Below, in pieces: positions 45,855 through 56,180 of a stretch of DNA of 64,000 nucleotides. The DNA comes from Candidatus Eiseniibacteriota bacterium. GTDB lineage: Bacteria; Eisenbacteria; RBG-16-71-46; CAVPCR01. A program made the translations under genes and the position numbers. The notes beneath the pieces are model-generated. The model worked only from the letters and a program-made list of their open reading frames with translations. It did no database searches and was not told the origin of the DNA. The DNA lies in assembly GCA_963702435.1 (NCBI GenBank), contig CAVPCR010000003.1:384001-448000 (forward strand), written 5' to 3'. Each line of letters opens with the position of its first letter. Positions within the stretch are counted from its first letter, which is position 1.

Positions 45855-46493
45855 ATGCAGATCGATCCCCGCGATCTCGCGGTGAAGGCGGCGTATCCGC
45901 TCTTCATCTCGACGATCGTGCCCCGCCCGATCGCGTGGGTGTCCACCCTTTCCCCCGACGGCCGCCCGAACCTGGCGCCGTTCAGCTTCTTCATGGGCGT
46001 CACCTCCGACCCGCCCACGCTGGCCGTCGCCATCGGCAGGCGGCGCGGCGAACCGAAGGACACTGCGCGCAACATCGAGGCCGCCGGCGAGTTCGTGGTC
46101 AACGTGGTCACCACCGACCTCGCCGGCGCCATGGTGCTCACATCGGCCGACTTCCCGCCCACGGTGAACGAGTTCGCGGAAGTGGGGCTGACGCCGCTCC
46201 CGTCCGCGCGCGTCAAACCGCCGCGGGTCGCGGAGTCGCCGCTCCACATGGAGTGCCGGCTCGAACGCCTCCTCACGATCGGGCGCTCCGGCACCGCGCT
46301 CGCGATCGGGGAGGTCGTGCTCTTCCACATCGCCGACGAGCTGTGGACCGGACACGACGTCGACATCGCCCGGCTCAAGCCCCTCGGCCGCCTGGGCGGC
46401 GCTCTCTACGCGCCGATCGAGCGGACGATCGCGATCCCGCGGCCGGAGATCGATCCGGCGACCGGCCGCCTGCGCAGCACACCCGCCCGCTGA
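45855..46493 (+). CDS. Flavin reductase-like FMN-binding protein
   Basis: VPRPIAWVST, NLAPFSFF, KDTARNI and GRLGG..Y. Confidence 0.9.
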   Translation: MQIDPRDLAVKAAYPLFISTIVPRPIAWVSTLSPDGRPNLAPFSFFMGVTSDPPTLAVAIGRRRGEPKDTARNIEAAGEFVVNVVTTDLAGAMVLTSADFPPTVNEFAEVGLTPLPSARVKPPRVAESPLHMECRLERLLTIGRSGTALAIGEVVLFHIADELWTGHDVDIARLKPLGRLGGALYAPIERTIAIPRPEIDPATGRLRSTPAR

Positions 46494-46507
46494 GCGGAGC
46501 GCCCGCT

Positions 46508-46939
46508 TCACTCCTCGTTCGCGTCCGGCAGGCGGCGCGCGGCCTTCCGTCGCTTGGCGAGCGCCTTCGCGCGCAGCCGCTCGGCGGCGGCCGCGGCCGG
46601 CGGGCGAGTCGGCCGCCGCGGGCGCGGCGGCACGAGCGCGCGCTCGATCAGCTCGCGCAGCTTTTCGCGACAATCATCGAGATTCCGCGCCTGGGTGCGG
46701 TAGCGCTGGCTCGTGATCACGAGCTCCCCGGCGGCGGTGATCCGCCGGCTGGCGAGCCGGCAGAGGCGCTCCTTGACCGCGGGCGGGAGCGCCGCCGACG
46801 AGGCCGGCGCATAGCGGAGCTCGACCCGCGTCTCCACCTTGTTCACGTTCTGCCCGCCCGGACCGCCGGCGCGCGAGAAGGTCGCGGCCAGCTCGGACGC
46901 CGGGATCACGATCCCGCGGCGCACCGGCAGCGGTTCCAC
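46508..46939 (-). CDS. arfB: Alternative ribosome-rescue peptidyl-tRNA hydrolase ArfB
   Basis: GGPGGQNVNK, RTQARN and a basic C-terminal tail. Confidence 0.9.
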   Translation of the reverse strand: MEPLPVRRGIVIPASELAATFSRAGGPGGQNVNKVETRVELRYAPASSAALPPAVKERLCRLASRRITAAGELVITSQRYRTQARNLDDCREKLRELIERALVPPRPRRPTRPPAAAAAERLRAKALAKRRKAARRLPDANEE

Positions 46940-46950
46940 GCCTCTCTCCC

Positions 46951-48288
46951 CTAGACGGGCAGGGAGAGCGGCTGGGCCATGGTCGCCTCGATGTCGGCGA
47001 TCTCCTTGGGCACCGCCGCCGTCAGCACCTCGTGCCCGCCGCGGGTGACGAGCACGTCATCCTCGATCCGCACGCCGATCCCCAGGTACCGCCGGGGAAC
47101 GCCGCGCGCATCGGCCGGGACGTAGATCCCCGGCTCGACCGTCAACACGTGCCCCGGCATGAGCTTCCGCCAGCGCTTGCCCTGCTTGTAGCTCCCGACA
47201 TCGTGCACGTCCATCCCCAGCCAGTGGCTCGTCCCGTGCATGTAGAAGCGCTTGTACTTCTCCTTCTTGATGAGATCGGCCACGCTGCCGCGCAGGAGGC
47301 CGAGCCCGACGAGACCGCGGGTGATGACGCGCACCGCCGTGTCGTGGACGCGGTTGAACGGCACCCCGGGACGGATGGCCTCGATCGCCGCCTTCTGGGC
47401 GGCGAGCACCACGGTGTAGATGTCGCGCTGGGCCGGGGAGAAGCGCCCGTTCACCGGACAGGTGCGGGTGATGTCGCCGGTGTAGAGCCCGTACTCGGCG
47501 CCGGCATCGATGAGCAGGAGCTCGCCGGCGGCCATCTCCCGGTCGTTCTCGTTGTAGTGGAGGATGGTGGCGTTCGCGCCCGAGGCGACGATGTGGTTGT
47601 AGCCGGGAGAGCGGGCCCCCAGCTTCTTGAACACGTACTCGAGAACCGCCTCGATCTCGTACTCCATCATCCCGGGCCGGGCGGCGCGCATCGCGGCGAT
47701 GTGACCGGCGCCGCTGATGGCGGCGGCGCGCCGGTGGAGGTGGATGTCCTCCGGACCCTTGGTGAGCCGCATCTCATGCAGCACCTCGCGCAGGTCGAGC
47801 ACGGCCGACGGCGGCTTGATCCCGGCGCGGCTCTTCCTGCGGAACCCGTCGAGGATCGCGTTCACCCTGGCGTCGAACTCCGGGTACTTGCCCGGCGCAA
47901 GGAAGACGCGATCGGCGGCGGCCAGGAGCTTCGGCAGCTCCTCGTCGAGAGCGGCGATCGGATAGGCGAGATCGGCGCCGAAGACCCGGCGCACCCCATC
48001 GGGCCCGTAGCGGCGCCCATCCCACGTCTCGCGCTCGGGATCGCGCGGCTGCACGAAGAGGACGAACGGCTTGGCCTGTCCGGGCCGGAGCACGGCCACG
48101 GCGTGGGGCTCGCTGAATCCGGTCAGGTAGTAGAAGTCGGTGTCCGGGCGATAGGGGTACTCGGTGTCGTTGGACCGGGTCCGCTGCGGGGCCGTGGGAA
48201 CGAGCACCACGCCGCGCCCGAGCTGGCGCATGAGCTCGCGGCGGCGGCGGGCGAAGAGCCCGGAGTCCGGGCGACCATTTGTGCTCAC
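46951..48288 (-). CDS. pepP: Xaa-Pro aminopeptidase
   Basis: DFYYLTG, LHY, DAG, DITRT, HWLGMDVHD, EPGIY and RIEDD. Confidence 0.92.
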   Translation of the reverse strand: MSTNGRPDSGLFARRRRELMRQLGRGVVLVPTAPQRTRSNDTEYPYRPDTDFYYLTGFSEPHAVAVLRPGQAKPFVLFVQPRDPERETWDGRRYGPDGVRRVFGADLAYPIAALDEELPKLLAAADRVFLAPGKYPEFDARVNAILDGFRRKSRAGIKPPSAVLDLREVLHEMRLTKGPEDIHLHRRAAAISGAGHIAAMRAARPGMMEYEIEAVLEYVFKKLGARSPGYNHIVASGANATILHYNENDREMAAGELLLIDAGAEYGLYTGDITRTCPVNGRFSPAQRDIYTVVLAAQKAAIEAIRPGVPFNRVHDTAVRVITRGLVGLGLLRGSVADLIKKEKYKRFYMHGTSHWLGMDVHDVGSYKQGKRWRKLMPGHVLTVEPGIYVPADARGVPRRYLGIGVRIEDDVLVTRGGHEVLTAAVPKEIADIEATMAQPLSLPV

Positions 48289-48628
48289 GAGGCGATCACT
48301 CCTCTCCTCAGGAAGCGGCCGGGGGCGACCGGGCCGTGCGTGCGAGCGGGGCTCCTGGGCGAGCGATCCGCTCCCGGCGGCGGGCCGATGGCGCGCGGCT
48401 CCGTATCGCGCCTGTCCAGCCGGATCGCGCCAGTCTACACGAGGGCCCGTGGAGCGAAAGCCCCGGGCCGGGCCGCCCGGCCCCGCCTCCGCTCCCCGCC
48501 GCGGGCGGCATCGGGCCCCGGTCGGCGGACCCGGCGCCCCTCGCCTTCACAGCAGCGGTCGCCGGATGTGGCATGATAGCGGCTGCGGCACGCCGCCGCC
48601 GCGGCCGGCGCCGGAAGGGACGAGGACG

Positions 48629-49510
48629 ATGATCGAGGAACACTGGGGACTCCAGCACGGGCCGTTCACGCTGCATCCGGACGTCCGCTTCCTCTTCGAA
48701 TCGGCCGGCCATCGCGAGGGGCTGGCCCGACTGCTCTTCGCCGTGGGCGAGCTGCGGGGCGGCATCACGCTGCTCACCGGGGAGATCGGCTGCGGCAAGA
48801 CCACGCTGGCGCGCGCGCTCACGCGGCTCCTGCCCGCCGAGCGCTATCGAACCGCCTTCATCATCAACCCGCTGCTGCCCGCGGGGCAGCTCCTCGCGGC
48901 GATCCTCCGCGAGTTCGGCGGCGAGCGGCTGCGGGGCAGCAAGGCCGAGCTCGCCGCCGCGCTCCACGGTCATCTCGCGGCGCTCGCCGCGCGGCGCGTT
49001 CTCGCCGTGCTCATCGTCGACGAGGCGCAGCTCCTCGGTCGCTCGCAGCTCGAGGAGCTGCGCCTGCTCACCAATCTCGAGACGAACGAGGAGAAGCTTC
49101 TCCATCTCGTGCTGATCGGACAGCCCGAGCTCGCCGCGCGCGCCGCCCGCTTTCCCGAGCTCGCTCAGCGCATCACCATGCGCTTCCATCTCCGCCCGCT
49201 CTCCTTCGCCGAGACCGGGAGCTACATCGGCCATCGCCTCCGCGTGGCCGGCGCGAGCCAGCCCCTGTTCTCCGACGGCGCGATCGCGGAGATCTATCGC
49301 CACACCGGGGGCGTGCCCCGCCTCATCAACATCGCCTGCGCTCACGCGCTCTTTCTCGCCGCCGCCGCCGGGCGACCCCAGGTCGACGCGGCGGCCGCCG
49401 CCAGCGCGGCGCGCGAGATCGACCCGACCGCGGAACGTGCGGCGGCGCGTCCGGGACCCGGCGCGGCCGCCGAGCGTCCCATCCCGTTCCGCGCCGCGCG
49501 CCTCAGGTGA
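48629..49510 (+). CDS. ExeA/GspA-like AAA ATPase
   Basis: GEIGCGKTT, LIVDEAQ, LRLLTNLE, LIGQPEL and GVPRLIN. No C-terminal peptidoglycan-binding domain. Confidence 0.88.
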   Translation: MIEEHWGLQHGPFTLHPDVRFLFESAGHREGLARLLFAVGELRGGITLLTGEIGCGKTTLARALTRLLPAERYRTAFIINPLLPAGQLLAAILREFGGERLRGSKAELAAALHGHLAALAARRVLAVLIVDEAQLLGRSQLEELRLLTNLETNEEKLLHLVLIGQPELAARAARFPELAQRITMRFHLRPLSFAETGSYIGHRLRVAGASQPLFSDGAIAEIYRHTGGVPRLINIACAHALFLAAAAGRPQVDAAAAASAAREIDPTAERAAARPGPGAAAERPIPFRAARLR

Positions 49511-49601
49511 TCCGCCATCGAGCGACCATCGCCGGGCGGCGCGGCGGTCCGGCGACAACCAGAGAGACAACCAGGATGACGACCAGGAAGACGAGGAACG
49601 C

Positions 49602-50189
49602 ATGAACGAGCCCCGAGAGGATCAGCCGCTCGATCCGGAATCGCCGCCCGCACCGGCGAGCTACCTCCGCTTTCTCGAGCAGTGGGCGCCCGCGTCCGGC
49701 CCCGCCCCGACGCCGGACCCGGCGGTGCCGGCCGGCGAGCCGGACGGGCGGAAGGCACGCGTCCGGACATCGCGACGGAGACCGCGGCGGGCGCGCCGGG
49801 CCGCCGCAGGCGACGCGCTTGCACCGTTCCTCGCGCCCCGCCGGCGCACGGCGACCGAGCCCCTCAAGGTGCGCCTCGCCGCCGAGCAGCTCTACTGGCT
49901 CCGCCTCACCGCGGCGCGCGCCGGCCGCAAGGTGAGCGAGTCCACCATCGTCGCGGCGGGGCTCCGCGTCATCGAGTGGCTGGATCTCGACTGGCGCTGC
50001 ATAGACTCGCGTGCCGCGCTCGCGGCAGCCCTCGGCGAGGCGCTCGGCGCCGCGGCCCCGCCGGCTTCCGGCCTCAAGGCCACCGAGCGCGAATGGGAGG
50101 CCATGCAGAGGCAACTCGGAGCGGGACCGTCCGCCGTTCCGTCACCCGCCGCGCGCCCCACCCCCGCCGCGGACGAGGACCGACCCTAG
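49602..50189 (+). CDS. Hypothetical protein, possibly with a small DNA-binding fold
   Basis: GAGGA RBS. Central VRLAAEQLYWL...VSESTIVAAGL segment. Operon position. Confidence 0.5.
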   Translation: MNEPREDQPLDPESPPAPASYLRFLEQWAPASGPAPTPDPAVPAGEPDGRKARVRTSRRRPRRARRAAAGDALAPFLAPRRRTATEPLKVRLAAEQLYWLRLTAARAGRKVSESTIVAAGLRVIEWLDLDWRCIDSRAALAAALGEALGAAAPPASGLKATEREWEAMQRQLGAGPSAVPSPAARPTPAADEDRP

Positions 50190-50191
50190 AC

Positions 50192-50674
50192 ATGCCCGGG
50201 ACCCGCCTCGGAGCAATGCGCGCGGAGACGCCGTTCCTGACCTTTCTCCGCGTCCTCGTGCGCAAGCGGCTCGACGAGATGATGGCGCACTACGAGGGCA
50301 CGCTGGCCGGGAACGCCGAGGCCTTGCACGACATGCGTGTCGCGTCCCGCCGGCTCCGCAGCGCGCTCCTCCTCGGCCGCGGCCTGTTCTCCGCGCGCCG
50401 CCGCTTTCGCCGGCTCGAGCGGCGCATTGCGCGCTTCACGGCGGCGCTGGGCCGCGTCCGCGATCTCGATGTCCTCCTGCTCGCGCTCGAGGGCGAGCGC
50501 GCCCGCGTTTCCGCCGACGACCGTCCGCATCTCGATCGCCTCGCCGCCCATGTCGACGGCCGCCGTGCCGAACGCCGCGAGGCGATGTCGGAGGCCCTGC
50601 GCGCGCTCGGCCGCCCGGAGCAGCTCCTCCGCTTCACGTCCTTCTTCGACGATGCTCCCATCGCGGAGCGTTGA
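50192..50674 (+). CDS. CHAD-domain protein, N-terminal-half type
   Basis: LHDMRVASRRLRS and LGRVRDLDV. Confidence 0.8.
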   Translation: MPGTRLGAMRAETPFLTFLRVLVRKRLDEMMAHYEGTLAGNAEALHDMRVASRRLRSALLLGRGLFSARRRFRRLERRIARFTAALGRVRDLDVLLLALEGERARVSADDRPHLDRLAAHVDGRRAERREAMSEALRALGRPEQLLRFTSFFDDAPIAER

Positions 50675-50677
50675 GCT

Positions 50678-51325
50678 GTGGCCCGCCCGTCGCCCATCCC
50701 CGGCCTCCGCCCCCATGAGTCCACGCTCGAGGCCATGCGCCTGATCGTCCCGGTCCGGCTCGAGGATCTCTGCGCGCTGGCCCCGGCGGTCGCCGATCCC
50801 GCGGCCGTACGCGATCACCACAACATGCGGATCGCCGCCAAGCGTCTCCGCTACACGCTCGAGATCTTCCGCTTCCTCCTCCCGGAGGTGTTCACCCCGG
50901 CCATCGCCAAGGTGCGCCAGATTCAGGACCGACTCGGTCTCGTTCACGATCTCGATGTCTTCGTGCCCTTCTGCGAGCGCCACCTCGAGCACCGGCGCGA
51001 GGAGCAGGCGGCCGAGCTCGGCCGCCTGCTCTTCCCCGGCGACGAGCCGAGCGACGCGCCCCGCGCCGTCGCCGACGTGCGCCGCACCCTCGATCAGGCG
51101 GACGGGGCGGCCGAGCGCCGGGCGCTCCTCCGCCTCATCGAGCACCTGCGGGCGCGCCGCCGCCGCGTTTTCAGCGAGTTTCAGCAGTACTGGCAGCACC
51201 TGGTCGCTCTAGGCTTCCGCGAGTCGCTGTATGCGGGGATCGGTGTCGATCCGCTCGCCGTGGCGGCCACCGGCACCGACCCGGCGGCAGATGCCGCAGC
51301 CGGGGAGCTCCCGACCGCGAATTAG
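50678..51325 (+). CDS. CHAD-domain protein, C-terminal-half type
   Basis: HHNMRIAAKRLRY and QDRLGLVHDLDV. Confidence 0.8.
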   Translation: MARPSPIPGLRPHESTLEAMRLIVPVRLEDLCALAPAVADPAAVRDHHNMRIAAKRLRYTLEIFRFLLPEVFTPAIAKVRQIQDRLGLVHDLDVFVPFCERHLEHRREEQAAELGRLLFPGDEPSDAPRAVADVRRTLDQADGAAERRALLRLIEHLRARRRRVFSEFQQYWQHLVALGFRESLYAGIGVDPLAVAATGTDPAADAAAGELPTAN

Positions 51326-51617
51326 CGCGGATCCGGGGGCATCCGCGATATGATCCCCCGGTCCCGGCGGGTCATCCCCCCCATGGCCCCTTCCACACCT
51401 GCATATGGAATGACGGTTGCAACCGAGCCGCGGACAGAGCCCATCGCGGTCGCGGTCGCGGCCGCTCGAGCGGATCCTGCCTGCAACTTGGGGTTACAGC
51501 AGCATGGCAATTGACCCAACCTGCATCCTGCGCGCGCCGCAAGCGCACCATGAACGAGCCATCCGCCGCCACGCACCGACCCTGATCCGGGCCGTCGCGC
51601 GCCGTGCAGCCGGCCTC

Positions 51618-53597
51618 ATGGCCATGCTCGCCCTGAGCGTCGCCCTGGGCGCGGCGCCAGCCCCGGCGGTCGCCGCCGAGCCGCCCTTCACGAGCGGCTA
51701 CCCGCACCTCTTCTACGACGACACGGGCTGGCTCGACGGTCGGCTCGACGTGATCGCGCGTTTCGATGCCCTGTCCACGGCCTTCTGGAACGGCGAGGGC
51801 ACGACCGCCGCCCGCCTGGACTCGCTCGCCACCATGAACCCGGATCTCCTCCGCCTCGCCTACGTCAACGTGGCGGGGCGGAGCCTGCCGCACATCGAGG
51901 ATCCGCAGCACGTCGTCAACCGCCTGGATCGCGCGATCGCCGACGAGTGGTTCGTGCGCAACGAGTTCGGCGAGCTGGTCTACTGGGACCCGCGCATCCC
52001 CAACATGCCGCTGCTCAACGTCTCCACCCGCTGCCCCCGCGTGAACGGCAAGACCTGGGGCGAGTTCATCGCCGACTTCATGGTGAGCGACATGCTGTCG
52101 GGCGGGCGCTGGGACGGATTCATGATGGACAACGTGTGGAACGGCGCGGCCTGGATGAATGCCACGATCCCCGGCTCGCTCGACCTGGATCGGAACGGGG
52201 TGGCCGATCCACCCGATTCAGTGGATGTCTGGTGGAACGCGGGCCTGGCCCACATGCTCACGCGCTTCCGTGCCCAGGCCGGTCCCGGCGTCATCGTGGT
52301 CGGCAATGGCAACGGCCGGCAGTTCGGCACCATGAACGGGCGCTACTTCGAGGACTTCCCGTTCCGTGAAGGCTGGGCCGGCAGCCTCCAGCAGGCCGCG
52401 GACTGGCAGACCTACGGGCAGGCCCCGGTCCTCCTCGCCGGGGTCACGCGCTCGACCGCGGGCGACTTCCAGCGCATGCGCTACGGGCTCTGCACCGGGC
52501 TCATGGCGAACATGTTCACGTTCCACTACGCCGAGGAACACCCCTGGCCCAACCCCGTCTTCTATGACGAGTACGCCGCCGATCTCGGGCAGCCGCGCGG
52601 CGCCCCGATCGAGCTCGGCATCGACGTCGTCGCCACGGCCGACTTCGACACCGGTTTCCCGGACATCTTCCCCGGCACCTGCGGAGCGGGCGAGGTCGAG
52701 TGGACGACCGACCCCGACCTCGTCCTCTCCGGCACCGGCGCCGTGCTCGGGCGCTTCGGCAACGAGCCGGGGGCGTGGCATTTCTTCCTCTGCTCCTCCC
52801 CCACCGCGCTGCCCCTCGCCGCCAATGCGACGTACACGGTCTCCTTCGAGTACCGCGTGGTGAGCGAGCCGCCGAGCAATGGCTACTTCTACGTCGGCGC
52901 CCGCTCCGACGTGAACCTGAACGCGTCGGACCGGAATCTCATCATCCTCGACCCGCCGGCGGGCGCGGTGGGCCAGGCGCGCGCCGATGTCACGCTCGGT
53001 CCCTACAGCGGCTACTACCTCTACTTCGGCATGCTGAACGGCGGATCGATCGTCATCGACTCGATCCAGATCGTGAGCGGGCGCGGCGGAGTGTTCCGCC
53101 GCGATTTCGACAAGGGGTTGGCCCTCGTCAATCCGACGACGGCGCCGCTCACGGTGGACATCGAGGGCGGGTTCTTCCGGATCGCCGGCGTGGTCGACCC
53201 CGTCACCAACGACGGAACGCCGGTCTCCCGCGTCACGCTGCCGGCGCTCGACGGCCTCGTCCTCCTCCGCGGACCGCAGGTCGTCGAGGATCCCTCCGGC
53301 GGCGTGCCCGCGACGCCGCCCGCGGCCACCGGGATCTACGGCTTCCCGAACCCCGTGGATCTCACGGCCAGCCAGCCTGTGACGATCGCGGGCGTGCCCG
53401 CCGGCGGGTCGGTGGCCATCATCGCGCCGTCCGGGCGCGTGATCCGCCGCCTTACCGGGTTCGACGGCGGCGGCCCCTCGAGCTGGGACCTGCGCGCGAG
53501 CGGCGGCCGCCGGGTGCCGGCCGGAATCTACACGGCGGCGGTGCGCGATGCCAGGAACCGCCCGGCCGGCGCCACGCGCCTCGTCCTCAAGCACTAG
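51618..53597 (+). CDS. Secreted putative glycoside-hydrolase-like protein with a C-terminal T9SS/FlgD-Ig-like domain
   Basis: Signal peptide, WDGFMMDN, NGRYFEDF and GVFRRDFDKGLALVNP. C-terminal FPNP...GRVIR...WDL...G..V.AGIY. Start uncertain. Confidence 0.65.
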   Translation: MAMLALSVALGAAPAPAVAAEPPFTSGYPHLFYDDTGWLDGRLDVIARFDALSTAFWNGEGTTAARLDSLATMNPDLLRLAYVNVAGRSLPHIEDPQHVVNRLDRAIADEWFVRNEFGELVYWDPRIPNMPLLNVSTRCPRVNGKTWGEFIADFMVSDMLSGGRWDGFMMDNVWNGAAWMNATIPGSLDLDRNGVADPPDSVDVWWNAGLAHMLTRFRAQAGPGVIVVGNGNGRQFGTMNGRYFEDFPFREGWAGSLQQAADWQTYGQAPVLLAGVTRSTAGDFQRMRYGLCTGLMANMFTFHYAEEHPWPNPVFYDEYAADLGQPRGAPIELGIDVVATADFDTGFPDIFPGTCGAGEVEWTTDPDLVLSGTGAVLGRFGNEPGAWHFFLCSSPTALPLAANATYTVSFEYRVVSEPPSNGYFYVGARSDVNLNASDRNLIILDPPAGAVGQARADVTLGPYSGYYLYFGMLNGGSIVIDSIQIVSGRGGVFRRDFDKGLALVNPTTAPLTVDIEGGFFRIAGVVDPVTNDGTPVSRVTLPALDGLVLLRGPQVVEDPSGGVPATPPAATGIYGFPNPVDLTASQPVTIAGVPAGGSVAIIAPSGRVIRRLTGFDGGGPSSWDLRASGGRRVPAGIYTAAVRDARNRPAGATRLVLKH

Positions 53598-53655
53598 CCC
53601 GCGCAGAGCGGCCATCCGCGGATCGCGCGGGCACGCGGCGGGCGGGCCGCCCCGC

Positions 53656-53982
53656 TCAGCCGCCCGCGCGATCGCCGAGCACGTCGTCGATCCAGGAGAG
53701 CGCGGCCATCATCCGCGGAAAGCCGATCGTCGTCGTCGCCAGGAGCGCGGCGTGGCGGATCTCGGCGGGGCTCGCTCCCGCCTCCAGGGCTTTCCGCGTG
53801 TGCGAATGGACCGCGCCCTCGTGCTGCATGCCGATCGCGACGCCCAGCTTGACGAGCGCGCGCTGCGGCGCGGCGAGGGGACCGGCATCCTGGCAGGCAT
53901 CGCCCAGGGCGGTGTACGCCGCGACGATCCGCGGCTGTTCGCGCTCGAAGCGCTGGAAACGTCCCGGCACCTTGGTGCTCAT
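53656..53982 (-). CDS. Carboxymuconolactone decarboxylase family protein
   Basis: LVKLGVAIG...GAVHSHTRKALEAG..EI....TTIGFP. Confidence 0.85.
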   Translation of the reverse strand: MSTKVPGRFQRFEREQPRIVAAYTALGDACQDAGPLAAPQRALVKLGVAIGMQHEGAVHSHTRKALEAGASPAEIRHAALLATTTIGFPRMMAALSWIDDVLGDRAGG

Positions 53983-54170
53983 GTGCTGCTCCTCATCGTG
54001 GAACCCGTCCTGTCCCGGTGGCGGCCCCGCGTCCCCGCCGCGCCGGCGCGGGCATCGCCGGCGCGGCTCCGGAGGCCGTATTGTAGCGACTCGGGACGAC
54101 GCCGGGAACCGCCGCGGGGCACCAGCCCGGGGCCAGCCGGCCAGGAGACCGCACCAACCATGGAGGGAGA

Positions 54171-54542
54171 ATGGGCACGAAGCTCGACCAGTTCCACGCA
54201 TACCGCGAGCGGATGAACGCGCGCATCCTCGACACCGGCAACCTCGAGACCAAGCGCTTCTTCGCCCTCGATACCCGCACCTACGAGGAGGGCGCCTTGA
54301 GCGTGCGGACGAAGGAGCTCCTCGGCCTCGTCGCCTCGGCGGTCCTCCGCTGCGACGACTGCATCACGTATCACCTGGTGCAGTCGGCGCGCGCGGGCGT
54401 GACGCGGGCCGAGATGGTGGAGGCGCTGAACGTCGCTCTCGTCGTCGGCGGCTCGATCGTGATCCCGCACCTCCGGCGCGCCTACGAGACGATGGACGAG
54501 CTCGCGGTGGCGCCGGGGCCCGCCAAGGGCGCCGCCGACTGA
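54171..54542 (+). CDS. AhpD-like CMD family protein with CxxC
   Basis: KELLGLVASAVLRCDDCITYH. Confidence 0.88.
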   Translation: MGTKLDQFHAYRERMNARILDTGNLETKRFFALDTRTYEEGALSVRTKELLGLVASAVLRCDDCITYHLVQSARAGVTRAEMVEALNVALVVGGSIVIPHLRRAYETMDELAVAPGPAKGAAD

Positions 54543-54685
54543 TCATCGATCCCGGGCGCAAATGGCGGCCGGCCGCGAGCACGGTTGCCACCGCCCGCTT
54601 GCGCGCGCCGGGGCGCCCCGGGGATACTCGACCGCGTCCCGTCCCGGCCTCGCGTCACCCACCTGCCATCGGAGCGAGCGACGTC

Positions 54686-56107
54686 ATGATCTTCCGGAGC
54701 TACTACCTCGGCTGCCTGGCCCACGCCTCCTACCTCGTCGGCGACCGGACGACCGGCACCGCCGCGGTCATCGATCCGCAGCGCGATGTCGAGCAGTACC
54801 TCGCCGACGCGGCGGCCGAGGGCCTCACCATCCGGCATGTCCTCGAGACCCACTTCCACGCCGACTTCCTCTCGGGCCACCTCGAGCTCCGGGCGCGCAC
54901 CGGCGCCACCGTCTACTTCGGCGCCGCGGCCCGGGCCGAGTTCGAGTTCATGCCGCTCGCGGAAGGCGACACGATCGAGATGGGCCGGGTGCGACTCGCC
55001 GCGCTCGAGACCCCGGGACACACACCGGAGTCGATCTCGATCCTCGTCTTCGATCTCGATGGCGACTCGACCGCCCCCCACGGGGTCTTCACCGGCGACA
55101 CCCTGTTCATCGGCGACGTCGGGCGGCCCGACCTGATGGCGGCGAAGGGGCTAACGCCGGAGGAGCTCGCCTCGGCGCTCTACGATTCGCTGCACGGGAA
55201 GCTCCTCCGGCTGCCGGATGCAACGCGCGTCCATCCCGCCCACGGCGCCGGTTCCCTGTGCGGGCGCGCGCTCAAGGACGAGCGCGTCTCCACGATCGGG
55301 CGTGAGCGCGAGTGGAACTATGCATGCGCTCCGATGCCGCGCGCCGACTTCGTCCGTCTGATGACCGCCGATCTGCCGGACGTCCCGGCCTACTTCCCGT
55401 TCGACGCCCAGCGCAACCGGGAGGAGCGTCCGCTCCTCGACCAGGTGCTCGCCCGGCTCCGCCCGCTCGATCTGGAGCAGGCCCTCGCCCTCGCCGCAAG
55501 CGGCGCCACGCTCCTCGACGTACGCGAACCGATCGAGTTCGCGGCCGCCCACCTCGCGGGCTCGCTCAACATCGGCCTCTCCGGGAAGTACGCGACGTGG
55601 GCCGGATCGCTGCTCGACCGCGCGCGACCGATCGTCCTCATCGCCGCTCCGGGAGGCGAGGGCGAGGCGGCGATGCGTCTCGGCCGCATCGGCTTCGATG
55701 AGATCGCCGGTTACCTCGGGGGGGGGCTCGACGCGGCACGGGATCACGACGCGCTCATCCGGCGCGCCGATCGCCTGACCGCCCAGGAGCTCGCGGCGCG
55801 GGTCCCGCATCCCCTCGTCCTCGACGTCAGGGAGCGCGGAGAACGCGAGACGAAGCAGATGTCCGGAACGACGTGGGTCCCCCTCGGCCAGATCACCCGG
55901 CACCTCGAGTCCCTGCCCCGCGACCGCGAGATCGTCGTCCAGTGCGCGAGCGGCTACCGCTCGAGCATCGCGGCCAGCGTCCTTCGCCGGGCCGGATTCG
56001 AGCACGTCGCCGATCTGCTGGGTGGGATCGAGGCCTGGGCCGCCGCCGGGCTGCCGATCACGAGCCCGGGGACTCTGTCGGCGGGGGCGCCGAGCGCCCA
56101 GGCTTAA
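54686..56107 (+). CDS. MBL-fold hydrolase (persulfide dioxygenase-like) fused to two rhodanese domains
   Basis: ETHFHADFLSG, TPGHTPES, TGDTLF, PAHGAGS, DVRE and CASGYRS. Confidence 0.9.
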   Translation: MIFRSYYLGCLAHASYLVGDRTTGTAAVIDPQRDVEQYLADAAAEGLTIRHVLETHFHADFLSGHLELRARTGATVYFGAAARAEFEFMPLAEGDTIEMGRVRLAALETPGHTPESISILVFDLDGDSTAPHGVFTGDTLFIGDVGRPDLMAAKGLTPEELASALYDSLHGKLLRLPDATRVHPAHGAGSLCGRALKDERVSTIGREREWNYACAPMPRADFVRLMTADLPDVPAYFPFDAQRNREERPLLDQVLARLRPLDLEQALALAASGATLLDVREPIEFAAAHLAGSLNIGLSGKYATWAGSLLDRARPIVLIAAPGGEGEAAMRLGRIGFDEIAGYLGGGLDAARDHDALIRRADRLTAQELAARVPHPLVLDVRERGERETKQMSGTTWVPLGQITRHLESLPRDREIVVQCASGYRSSIAASVLRRAGFEHVADLLGGIEAWAAAGLPITSPGTLSAGAPSAQA

Positions 56108-56113
56108 GTCGCC

Positions 56114-56169
56114 GCCGAGCGCTGCGCAGAAGCCCGCCGCCGGCGGGCGGTTTCATGCGCGGGTTAGAC
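56114..56169 (-). mobile_element. Degenerate attC-like integron cassette site
   Basis: GTCTAAC-CCGCG-CATGAAAC-16 nt-GCTTCTG-CGCAGC-GCTCGGC matches the 7-5-8..7-6-7 attC spacing. Confidence 0.55.
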
Positions 56170-56180
56170 CCTCCGTATCA

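Noticed and set aside
50672..50674. Selenocysteine readthrough joining the CHAD halves
   Set aside because: The position is a linker with no redox-motif context, and the second ORF has its own plausible RBS and start.
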